Virus record (IMG/VR): IMGVR_UViG_3300045988_138996
Location: 32,001 to 96,000 of that record
Origin: a virus
Strand: one strand, 5' to 3'
DNA length: 64,000 nucleotides
Below are positions 18,614 to 26,698 of this stretch, in pieces; the first letter of the stretch is position 1; every line of letters begins with the position of its first letter. The notes below the pieces were generated by a model that was given only the letters and a program-made list of their open reading frames with translations, was not told where the DNA came from and searched no databases. A program made the position numbers and the translations under genes.

Positions 18614-18642
18614 AATATGTGTAAGGTAAGTATATAAAAAAC

Positions 18643-18679
18643 GTGCCTCGCATGATCTACACTACGAGGCACAATTTTT
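18643..18679 (+). terminator. Intrinsic terminator
   Basis: gtgcctcg...cgaggcac stem followed by aattttt. Confidence 0.6.
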
Positions 18680-18956
18680 AACATGGTCAATGTTACGCAA
18701 AAACACATCATATTTTGCTCCTTTCTGTAATAAAAAATGATTAACTAGCTTAAAGCGACATAATAATACCTCCCTGTAATATCCCTTATCTTTTGTTTGT
18801 CGCTGGCTCATAGAACACACAATAATAAAGATCTAAATACTGTATATTTTTCTCTCCTTTCTTAAAAATAAAGTATTATAAAAAATCTCTTCTATTAAAA
18901 CACACACACTCACTCTATATAAATGAACGGAACGCGTAACATTGACCATCCCCTAT

Positions 18957-19031
18957 GGCGGGGTAGTCCAAATGGCAGAGACACGAGTCTCATAAGCTCG
19001 TCTAGTGCAAGTTCGACTCTTGCCCCCGCAC
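18957..19031 (+). tRNA. tRNA with CAU anticodon (Met, or Ile2 if lysidine-modified); CCA encoded
   Basis: Cloverleaf found by hand: anticodon stem cgagt/gctcg, loop cuCAUaa, T arm gcaag-ttcgact-cttgc. There is a G1-A72 mismatch. CCA at 19032-19034. Confidence 0.7.
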
Positions 19032-19038
19032 CCAATAT

Positions 19039-19104
19039 TGCAGAGTAAAACAGCATGGAATTGGGTCCATGTCTGAAATGGTTTGACTCCATTCTCTGCG
19101 ACCA
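19039..19104 (+). ncRNA. Aberrant tRNA-like element (62 nt + ACCA) with acceptor and T arms but only one internal hairpin
   Basis: Acceptor tgcagag/ctctgcg, T arm aatgg-tttgact-ccatt stacked directly on the acceptor, and an ACCA tail. The normal D and anticodon arms are replaced by catgga-attggg-tccatg. Confidence 0.4.
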
Positions 19105-19105
19105 T

Positions 19106-19190
19106 GGAGAAGTGGCCGAGTGGATTAAGGCTACAGTCTTGAAAACTGTCGTACGGAAACGTACCGTGAGTTCGAATCTCACCTTCTCCT
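19106..19190 (+). tRNA. tRNA-Ser(UGA), long variable arm; CCA encoded
   Basis: Acceptor ggagaag/cttctcc, anticodon loop cuUGAaa, variable arm cgtacggaaacgtacc, T arm gtgag-ttcgaat-ctcac. Confidence 0.85.
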
Positions 19191-19200
19191 CCATATATAT

Positions 19201-19282
19201 GTACAGGTGGCCGAGTGGTTAAAGGCAGCAGACTGTAAATCTGCCGACATTGTCTATGTTGGTTCAAATCCAACCCTGTGCA
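19201..19282 (+). tRNA. tRNA-Tyr(GUA), long variable arm; CCA encoded
   Basis: Acceptor gtacagg/cctgtgc, anticodon loop cuGUAaa, T arm gttgg-ttcaaat-ccaac. Confidence 0.85.
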
Positions 19283-19289
19283 CCAGTAT

Positions 19290-19363
19290 GGTTCCATGGA
19301 GTAATTGGTCATCTCGTCACCCTGTCAAGGTGAAGATTACGGGTTCAAATCCCGTTGAAACCG
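19290..19363 (+). tRNA. tRNA-Asp(GUC); CCA encoded
   Basis: Anticodon stem tcacc/ggtga, loop cuGUCaa, T arm acggg-ttcaaat-cccgt. One acceptor-stem mismatch. Confidence 0.8.
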
Positions 19364-19368
19364 CCAGT

Positions 19369-19421
19369 ATCCTAACATAGAATTTTTTCTGATTATCTGT
19401 ATTCTGTGTTAGGATTTTTTT
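19369..19421 (+). terminator. Long hairpin terminator inside the tRNA cluster
   Basis: 15 nt arms atcctaacatagaat/attctgtgttaggat followed by a T7 run. Confidence 0.6.
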
Positions 19422-19425
19422 ACTT

Positions 19426-19500
19426 ACTCCTGTAGCTTAGAGGCTAAGCACCCGGCTCATAACCGGGCATTTTACCCTGGTTCGAATCCAGGCGGGAGTA
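19426..19500 (+). tRNA. Second tRNA with CAU anticodon (Met/fMet/Ile2 unresolved); CCA encoded
   Basis: Acceptor actcctg/cgggagt, D arm gctt/aagc, anticodon stem cccgg/ccggg, loop cuCAUaa, T arm cctgg-ttcgaat-ccagg. Unusually long 8 nt variable loop. Confidence 0.7.
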
Positions 19501-19797
19501 CCATAAATAATACTAAGTACAGTATTAGTTCTATTTTTTTTAATATGGAAAGGAAAAACTTGAGTTTAAAATCCGATTCATATATAAGATTCAATCAGAA
19601 CGAGCTTATACATTATACATTATAAAAGTAAAGCTGTAGACTATTTAAGTCTTAGGCCTTAGAAGCCGATTTGGACCGGCTTAAAAGAATAAGGGCTTTT
19701 TTAGCCAAACTTCTTAATAGAGAAAACTTTTAAAAGCTCTCTTAGAATTATATGATTTAATCATATAAAGTTCAATTAAATACTGTGCTTATGTATT

Positions 19798-19893
19798 ATT
19801 CTATTACTGAAAACTGATATACTGCTTTTTTTTAGTGGTTTCTTCATTTTCCCTTACTCCTTTGAGTAGTATATCAGTTTTGAGTAATAGAAT
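19798..19893. repeat. 26 nt inverted repeat with a 44 nt spacer
   Basis: attctattactgaaaactgatatact (19798-19823) is the reverse complement of 19868-19893 with one mismatch. Confidence 0.7.
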
Positions 19894-19899
19894 TATATA

Positions 19900-19928
19900 A
19901 TCCTTGTCTTTATGACAAGGATATTTTT
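19900..19928 (+). terminator. Hairpin + T-run just upstream of the next RBS
   Basis: atccttgtc-tttat-gacaaggat followed by attttt. Confidence 0.5.
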
Positions 19929-19946
19929 GTATGAAAGGATATTAAA

Positions 19947-20336
19947 ATGATTAGAAAATTAAGACGTGCAAATGCTTATACAATAAGAAAATTTTGTTCT
20001 GATTATGCAATCGAACATGTTATTCCAAGATCATTCGGGGAGATCCCGATTAAAATGAGATATAAATCTATGTATGTTAACAATATTAAATCATTATCAG
20101 ATATTATGTTTAAATATCCTGAACGATCTAAACGTATTGTCTTTACGACAGCTAATGGATATAAACCTCAATATGAATATAAGTTTCGACATGTTAATTA
20201 TGAAAAAGCTATTAAAATGGTTCAATTTTTTAAACCTAAAATTCATATTAGATTTAACCTTGATACGTATGATAATCATATTCGTAAGTATAAATCTAAT
20301 ACAATTTTTAAACGTCGATATAGAACAAGGTGGTAA
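19947..20336 (+). CDS. Hypothetical basic protein
   Basis: AAAGGA RBS; K/R-rich; no motif recognised. Confidence 0.5.
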   Translation: MIRKLRRANAYTIRKFCSDYAIEHVIPRSFGEIPIKMRYKSMYVNNIKSLSDIMFKYPERSKRIVFTTANGYKPQYEYKFRHVNYEKAIKMVQFFKPKIHIRFNLDTYDNHIRKYKSNTIFKRRYRTRW

Positions 20337-20557
20337 TTATGGAACTATATAAAATATTATTTATTATCGGAGCAGTACTTGTAATTATTGGATTAATTCC
20401 TGCAGTTGTTGATAGTATTAAAACAATTAAAGATATTTTACATGATTTTAAAGAGGATAAATCATTTATATTTGAAGTCTTAATGTTTACGATTGCAATT
20501 GTATGTTTTATTCTCGGGATTATTATTATGATTATAACGAAGGTGTATAATGGATAA
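20330..20557 (+). CDS. Small membrane protein (2 predicted TM segments)
   Basis: Hydrophobic stretches IIGAVLVIIGLIPAV and FTIAIVCFILGIIIMII. Confidence 0.5.
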   Translation: MVIMELYKILFIIGAVLVIIGLIPAVVDSIKTIKDILHDFKEDKSFIFEVLMFTIAIVCFILGIIIMIITKVYNG

Positions 20558-20870
20558 GGATATAAATAATATATTATTAAAAAAGATTATTCATATATAC
20601 ATATTGTTTTCGATTATCATATATATGATTAATTTAATAATCGTTAATCTATTTATGTATTTTATCGTAGACGATACTGTATATCGAACTACGTATTTTA
20701 CGGTTAATGATTTTACATTACAAACATTTCCAGTTATTTCAATGTTAATAGCTGCGATATTGTTTTGCCTAATTAATATTAATATTAGTCAAGAAATTGA
20801 CAATGAAAATAATATTATATACTATGAATTATCAATTGGTACATTATTTAAAGCAAAGTTAAAGAAATAA
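20550..20870 (+). CDS. Membrane protein
   Basis: Two or three hydrophobic segments; start is coupled to the upstream gene. Confidence 0.5.
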   Translation: MDKDINNILLKKIIHIYILFSIIIYMINLIIVNLFMYFIVDDTVYRTTYFTVNDFTLQTFPVISMLIAAILFCLININISQEIDNENNIIYYELSIGTLFKAKLKK

Positions 20871-20872
20871 TT

Positions 20873-21328
20873 ATGTTTGTATATAAAACTGGTAATATAT
20901 TAAAATCAAAAGCTGAATATATTTTTAATGCTGTTAACACTGTCGGCATAATGGGCAAAGGTTTAGCTCTTCAAATTAAACAAAAATATCCAGACTGTTT
21001 AAAAGATTATGAAGAAGCGTGTCGTGATAAACGACTTAAACCTGGATCAGTATTAATTACATATTTAGTTAAAGAAAAAATTAATATCGTTCAGTTTCCG
21101 ACGAAAGCACATTGGCGCGATCCTTCTAAATATGAGTATATTGAAGAAGGATTAAAATCGTTCACAATATTCTTAAAGAATCATAATATTCAAAACGTAA
21201 CAATTGCTATTCCTAAATTAGGGTGTGGCAATGGTAAGCTTGAATGGAAACAAGTATTAACTTTAATTAAACAATATCTGTCTGAATTCGACGATATTGT
21301 ATTTGAAATTTATGGTGAAAACGTTTAG
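20873..21328 (+). CDS. Macro domain protein (ADP-ribose binding/hydrolase fold)
   Basis: NAVNTVGIMGKGLALQIK, FPTKAHWRDPS and IPKLGCGNGKL match macro-domain signature regions. Confidence 0.75.
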   Translation: MFVYKTGNILKSKAEYIFNAVNTVGIMGKGLALQIKQKYPDCLKDYEEACRDKRLKPGSVLITYLVKEKINIVQFPTKAHWRDPSKYEYIEEGLKSFTIFLKNHNIQNVTIAIPKLGCGNGKLEWKQVLTLIKQYLSEFDDIVFEIYGENV

Positions 21329-21441
21329 TTAGAAAGGAGTCGTAATGGATCAATATATTATCTATTCAATTCTTAATTCTTTATTAGCTCTACTTCTAGT
21401 AGTTTCTGTATATAAGATTATTAAACACTGAGGTATTTGTT

Positions 21442-21714
21442 ATGTCGAAAAATAAAACCATATTATATATATATTTTACTTTATTACTAGTGACAGGTGT
21501 CGGATCTAAAATCATATCGTTTTTAGATTTTTTATTTTATATTTTAATGATACCACTAGCAATATGTATGGTTTTATTTGTTTTGATTGTTACAGTTATT
21601 ATTACATATATATCAGTATATAATTTATTGCATGTATTTGGAATTGAATTATTTGATAATATAAAGATACCGATAAAATTTATCTATGAACAAAAGAATA
21701 AAGATGATCATTAG
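21442..21714 (+). CDS. Membrane protein
   Basis: Three hydrophobic segments. Confidence 0.5.
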   Translation: MSKNKTILYIYFTLLLVTGVGSKIISFLDFLFYILMIPLAICMVLFVLIVTVIITYISVYNLLHVFGIELFDNIKIPIKFIYEQKNKDDH

Positions 21715-21865
21715 AACTATTAAAAAACGATATCGTAAAAAGCATTTGAATGAAGTTTATTATTTACGATTCTCTAAAGAATTTTTGGAAGTAGACAAAT
21801 GAATCTATTTAACTTAGTATTACTAATAGCTATTATTGTATTTTTATATGAGTATAATAAAAAAT

Positions 21866-21887
21866 AAGCCCCTCGATTGAGGGGCTT
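21866..21887. terminator. Bidirectional terminator between convergent genes
   Basis: aagcccctc-gatt-gaggggctt, flanked by A-runs and T-runs. Confidence 0.7.
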
Positions 21888-21890
21888 TTC

Positions 21891-23081
21891 TTATTTAAAA
21901 CTAATAAAGTATGTAGCATAACGACCTTCATCTTTGTTTAACATTAATAGTTTTTGACCTGCTTTCGAGAACTTGCGTCCATCGACAGCATATCGATCAC
22001 TACCACAAAGTGAAGGATTTACAATCATTTCGACACCTTTGAGATCAGCTTCTCTAGAATGATGGAAATGACCCATAACAATATAATTAGGTATTTGTTT
22101 TGTAAATAGTGCCAAATTATCGATAGCTCGGTTATAATTATCTTTATGTCCATGAACACCGATAATTATTTGTTCACAAACTTTAGCTACGATAATTTCG
22201 TCGTCAACAATATTTTTATTAAAATGAATGCGTTCATTTCCTTTAAGACGTTCTTTTAAGAACCAAGGAATAATATCGTTGAACGATTCGCCATTCATTG
22301 CTTCTTCTTTAGAAGGAGTGACACGATCATGATTGCCACGACAGAAATATAATTCTAGGTTGAATTCTTGACTTAGATTATTAAATAAATGACTAAGTGC
22401 TTCGCTGACGCCGATCGTTTGTTCGATAAGATTTTCTTGAGATTCGATTCGTGTTTGTACATGAATACCGCCATTAATCATATCGCCTAGTGTCATAATA
22501 TGAATTGTTTTAATGTTATTTAATTTACAATATTCTCGTGTCTTATTCATTAGATGTTCGACACGTTGATGGAATATTTCGTCGTTAAATTTATTAAAGT
22601 AGTTATCACTAACTTGGCCCTTGTGCCAGTCACTAATAAGAAGGACAGCTTCACTTTCGCCAGTAGCTAGTTTTTTAAATTCATATTTAAGTGGTTCAAG
22701 TTTATTAATTGATTCTGCTATTAATTCTTTTAATAGAAATTGATTAGATACTTCTTTTAACGTACGATTTAATTCTTGACGATGTTTACTATTAACATTT
22801 TTAGCATGAGCATTTAATAACAAGTCTCGTGCTGTTTCTGTTATACGTTCTTGTGTCATTACTGGAGTTACTGATTTTCTAAAATCATTAAAGTAACTCC
22901 CTATCGTAGCTGTATCTAAAGTAATGTCGAAAAACATTTCTGCCATAGTAGAAATACGTTTATATGTTAATTTAGTATTATTTTGTCGTTCTTCATACAT
23001 ACGATATAACCAACTAATTAGATCTTCGCCATCTAATGCTGAATAGTTAATCGTAACAGATTGTTTTGTTTCTTCAGCCAT
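21891..23081 (-). CDS. Calcineurin-like metallophosphoesterase (Mre11/SbcD-type motifs) with an N-terminal helical domain
   Basis: Motifs SDWHKG, LGDMINGG, GNHD, VHGH, MGHFHH. Start set at the ATG at 23081, which follows an AGGAGG RBS. This is the only convincing minus-strand gene. Confidence 0.7.
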   Translation of the reverse strand: MAEETKQSVTINYSALDGEDLISWLYRMYEERQNNTKLTYKRISTMAEMFFDITLDTATIGSYFNDFRKSVTPVMTQERITETARDLLLNAHAKNVNSKHRQELNRTLKEVSNQFLLKELIAESINKLEPLKYEFKKLATGESEAVLLISDWHKGQVSDNYFNKFNDEIFHQRVEHLMNKTREYCKLNNIKTIHIMTLGDMINGGIHVQTRIESQENLIEQTIGVSEALSHLFNNLSQEFNLELYFCRGNHDRVTPSKEEAMNGESFNDIIPWFLKERLKGNERIHFNKNIVDDEIIVAKVCEQIIIGVHGHKDNYNRAIDNLALFTKQIPNYIVMGHFHHSREADLKGVEMIVNPSLCGSDRYAVDGRKFSKAGQKLLMLNKDEGRYATYFISFK

Positions 23082-23359
23082 GTATATCCTCCTGAAAATA
23101 AAATGAAACAAATTCTTCCTTTATTATATAATATTTGCATAACTAAGTAAACTAGTGTTTATAGGATTTTTTGAAAAATCTAATTATTTGAGATATATAT
23201 TTTTACTTATAAATATTAGACTTTATGAAAATCCTAGATTATACTATAAATATATTATGATTATTCTGTATATTATAATATACTATATGTAGTATGTGCT
23301 ACAGTAATATAATACTACATCTTCTTTTTAGTTGCGCAACGAAAGGAAAATTATTAACT

Positions 23360-23767
23360 ATGGAAAAAGTATTATTTGGTGGAAACAATGATATCCAGGT
23401 GCCGATGGCAACTCGATTAATCGGAACATTCTCTACCGGAACTGACGAAATTATTCTTGATGGGAATAAACAAGAACGAATCGTACAATTTAATTATGAA
23501 GGTAAACAAGTATTAAAACAATATACATTAAAGCATTTATATGCTCCATATACTAAGATTATCGAAGTATCGGATAATGCATATTGGTATACTGGTAAAG
23601 AACCAAAACAAAATCCTTCGATTAAAGATATCGTGCGTTTCGACGTATACGATAAAGGTTGGATCATCGAAGATATAAAAGATATCGAAGCCGACGCTTA
23701 TTCTATTATTAGCAATTCTCAAGAATTAATAGTAGTCATAGAAGGTACAGAACTTTTGATCAAATAA
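23360..23767 (+). CDS. Hypothetical protein
   Basis: ATG at 23360 follows an AAAGGAAA RBS (the ORF track starts earlier, at 23294). Confidence 0.5.
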   Translation: MEKVLFGGNNDIQVPMATRLIGTFSTGTDEIILDGNKQERIVQFNYEGKQVLKQYTLKHLYAPYTKIIEVSDNAYWYTGKEPKQNPSIKDIVRFDVYDKGWIIEDIKDIEADAYSIISNSQELIVVIEGTELLIK

Positions 23768-23817
23768 TATTTATATATATTTTATTAACAGTATTATTGT
23801 ATTAAAAGGATTTTTAA

Positions 23818-24969
23818 ATGATTGTAATTAAAAGAGACGGTCGCAAGGTTGATTTTGATAAATCTAAGATTATTGTTGCTATAAATAAGGCACAACATTC
23901 TTTACTTAAAGATAATGAAAAAATAGCTAATGCTATTGCAGAAGAAATAACGCAAGAAGCTCTTATGCTTCAAGAAATCGATATTAAACGTATCGAAAAA
24001 ATGGTATTCGATCTTTTGGTTAAACATAAACAAAAAGACGTAGCTCGTTCTTATGAAGGTTATCGTGCTGTACGAGAATATAGAAGAATTACTAATACTT
24101 CTGATAAAGATATTTTAGAATTAATTGCTGGTAGTAATAAAGAAACTATCAATGAGAATTCTAATAAGGATGCTTATATTATTCCGACTCAACGTGATTT
24201 AATGGCTGGTGAAATTTCTAAAGATATTGCTAGAAGAAAATTGATCCCGATTGATATTATGGAAGCGCACGATAAAGGAGTGCTGCATTTACATGATATC
24301 GACTATCAATTACAACCAATGAATAATTGTGGTCTTCCAGATTTTAAAGATATGCTTTCTAATGGTACTGTTATCAATAAGAAAAAAATCGAACCTCCAA
24401 AATCTTTTCAAGTAGCATGTACAGTACTCAGCCAGCTGTTCGCCGTCGTAGCAAGTTCTCAATATGGTGGCCAAACAGCAAATCATATTGAAGAAATATT
24501 AGCTCCATATTTAAGAAAGTCTAAACAAAAATATGAGAAAATATTTCAAAATGAAAAAAATAAAGAAACGTTAGTTGATTTAATGGTCAAGAAAGAATTA
24601 AAAGACGGAATTCAGACGTTGCAATATCAGATAAACACATTGATGACTTGCAATGGCCAAAGCCCTTTTCTGACTTTATTTATGCACTTTTTACCAGGTT
24701 CAGAGTACGAGGAAGAATGTGCTATGATCACAGAAGAAATTCTTCGTCAAAGAATTGAAGGAATGAAAGGTCCGGACGGTGTTACGATTAGTCCAACATT
24801 CCCTAAACTAGTTTATGCATTAGATGAACATAATGCTAAACCAGGTAGTAAATATTATTATTTAACTAAACTAGCTGCAGAATGTACAGCTAAAAGAATG
24901 ATGCCTGATTATGTATCGGCTAAAATTATGCGACAAGTAAAAGATAGCCAAGTATTTGGCCCAATGGGT
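23818..24969 (+). CDS. nrdD: Anaerobic ribonucleoside-triphosphate reductase NrdD, exon 1 (ATP cone + N-terminal barrel)
   Basis: ATP-cone start MIVIKRDGRKVDFD. Ends ...VFGPMG, and the conserved continuation CRSFL begins at 25202. Confidence 0.9.
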
Positions 24970-25201
24970 TAACACATAACGGCCCATGTAAAACGATGTG
25001 AACTGTATCATAAAACAGGTGTCCCTTATGGGGCTAACGGTGAATCCTTAATGGCAATACCGTGCTAAGCGTATTATTACGACAGTGTAGAGACTATTGG
25101 TGATGAATGTAGCCAAGTAGAGTAGAGACGTGCTACTCGATGCGCATCGCATTTATTATTTAAATAAATGAAGAGATAGTCCAGCTTAATTAATTAAGTT
25201 G
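24970..25201 (+). mobile_element. Group I intron (no ORF) in nrdD
   Basis: P1: exon atgggU pairs with IGS gcccat (24982-24987), giving a U-G wobble at the splice site. R-like gtagagactat and S-like agatagtcc elements. Ends in G. Splicing restores MG|CRSFL. Confidence 0.85.
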
Positions 25202-26078
25202 TGTAGAAGTTTCCTATCAGTTTGGTATGATAAAGAAAATAATCCTATTATAGATGGACGCTTTAATAAAGGTGTTGTAACATTAAATCTCCCTCAATGT
25301 GCTATTGTTGCAGATGGAGATATTAACAAGTTTTGGAAATTATTAGATGAGCGTTTGGAATTATGTCATAAAGCTCTTAAGTTCAAAACGGAAAGACTAC
25401 TCGGTGTAAAAGCTTCTGTTGCTCCAACATTATGGATGTATGGTGCTTATGCTAGAAAAAATGCTGATGATATATTAGATGATTTAATGGTTGGTGGCTA
25501 TTCTACATTAAGTTTAGGCTATATTGGTTTATATGAAACTATTAAATTATTAACAGGCGAATCTAATACTAAACATCAAAATTTAGCATTAAAAATTACT
25601 CGATATATGGCAGATAAATGTGAAGAGTGGAATAATCAAGAAAATTATGGTTATTCTTTGTATAGCACTCCTGCCGAAAGTTTGTGCTATAGATTTGCTA
25701 AATTAGATAAAGAACAATTCGGTGAAATTAAAGATGTTACTGATAAAGGCTATTATACTAACTCGCATCACGTTGATGTGAGAGAAAATATTAACATATT
25801 TGATAAGATAGATTTTGAAGCGCCTTTCCAAGAAAATGCTACTGGTGGATTTATTGGTTATGGCGAAATTCCTAATATGACGAATAACATTGAAGCATTA
25901 GAAACTATTATTCAATATATTTATGACCATGCTATGTATTGGGAATTTAATACTAAACTTGACCATTGTATGAAATGTGGCTTTGATGGCGAAATTTTGC
26001 CTGATGGTCATGGTGATTGGATTTGTCCTAAATGCGGAAACCAAGATCATAATACATTAAAAGTTATTCGAAGAACGT
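25202..26078 (+). CDS. nrdD: NrdD exon 2
   Basis: Starts CRSFLS. Contains the C-terminal Zn ribbon CMKCG...CPKCG. Ends ...VIRRT plus the first base of a Cys codon. Confidence 0.9.
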
Positions 26079-26336
26079 AGACATACATGCGTTCTATAAA
26101 CAACCTATATGCGGGAAGTCCCTTAGAGCTTTAATTACTAAGCTATTGACAAAAGAAAATAGTGGCAAGAATAATTACCTTGGTATAGTAAAAAGATTAA
26201 AGATTGGGTAATCCGCAGGGAAGCACCGTATAGGTGAACCCTCAGAGACTACCATGGTTGGCAATTTATTGTATGGTATAGTCCAGGCCGTCTACATATG
26301 TAGAGTTAAAGTACTAGGAAACTAGCGGTATTGCGG
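26079..26336 (+). mobile_element. Group I intron (no ORF) in nrdD, splitting the glycyl-radical motif
   Basis: P1: exon agaacgU pairs with IGS gcgttct (26089-26095). P atgcgggaag, Q aatccgcagg, R tcagagactacc, S gtatagtcc. Terminal G at 26336. Confidence 0.9.
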
Positions 26337-26410
26337 GTGGCTACCTCGGAGATAACTTCTGGAATGAAGGTCGTACTAAAGAAATTCAGTCCAGAGTTCT
26401 TCATATTTAA
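26337..26410 (+). CDS. nrdD: NrdD exon 3 (glycyl radical tail)
   Basis: Splicing yields RRT-C-GYLGDNFWNEGRTKEIQSRVLHI*, the canonical RxCGYLG...R..H end of NrdD. Confidence 0.85.
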
Positions 26411-26415
26411 TAATT

Positions 26416-26637
26416 AATAGGCATAAAATAGTTCCTTTGATTTTTGGAAAGTATCTTTACTATTCGCCTATTGATTTTAATTTAATAATATAATATAATA
26501 ATTGTAAGGCATAAAAAAGTTCCTTTTATAATATTGGATGAAGAATAACTTTACTTTTCGCCTTATAATATAAAATCTAGACATAAGGAAGTTCCTTTTA
26601 AAAAGACTGATTATTTTTTTGTTACTTCTCGTCTAGA
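26416..26637 (+). repeat. Three tandem ~60 nt hairpin units sharing a CATAA..AGTTCCTTTT core
   Basis: Units at 26416-26472, 26505-26565 and 26576-26637. The outer stems differ but each stays paired. The middle stem shows compensatory changes. Confidence 0.6.
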
Positions 26638-26648
26638 TATTGCTTATT

Positions 26649-26684
26649 AAGGCTACGTATATTTTGTACGTAGCCTTTTATTAT
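26649..26684 (+). terminator. Intrinsic terminator
   Basis: aaggctacgta-tattttg-tacgtagcctt followed by a T-rich run. Confidence 0.65.
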
Positions 26685-26698
26685 TTTAAGAAAGGATA

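Noticed and set aside
18690-18950. Pyrimidine-rich tracts (cctccct, ctctcctttc) that read as AGGAG-type RBSs on the minus strand, with tiny ORFs behind them
   Set aside because: The minus-strand ORFs are only a few to about 45 codons long, and one of them runs through a plus-strand terminator. The support is too weak to annotate.
18910-19312. Two overlapping minus-strand ORFs (94 and 119 aa) across the tRNA cluster
   Set aside because: They are antisense to well-formed tRNA-Ser, tRNA-Tyr and tRNA-Asp cloverleaves. The GC-rich tRNA sequence simply lacks stop codons.
20074-20352. 92 aa plus-strand ORF in an alternative frame inside the ORF at 19947-20336 (and a 60 aa antisense ORF at 20097-20279)
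   Set aside because: It is nested entirely within a better-supported ORF that has an RBS. In AT-rich sequence such alternative frames arise easily.
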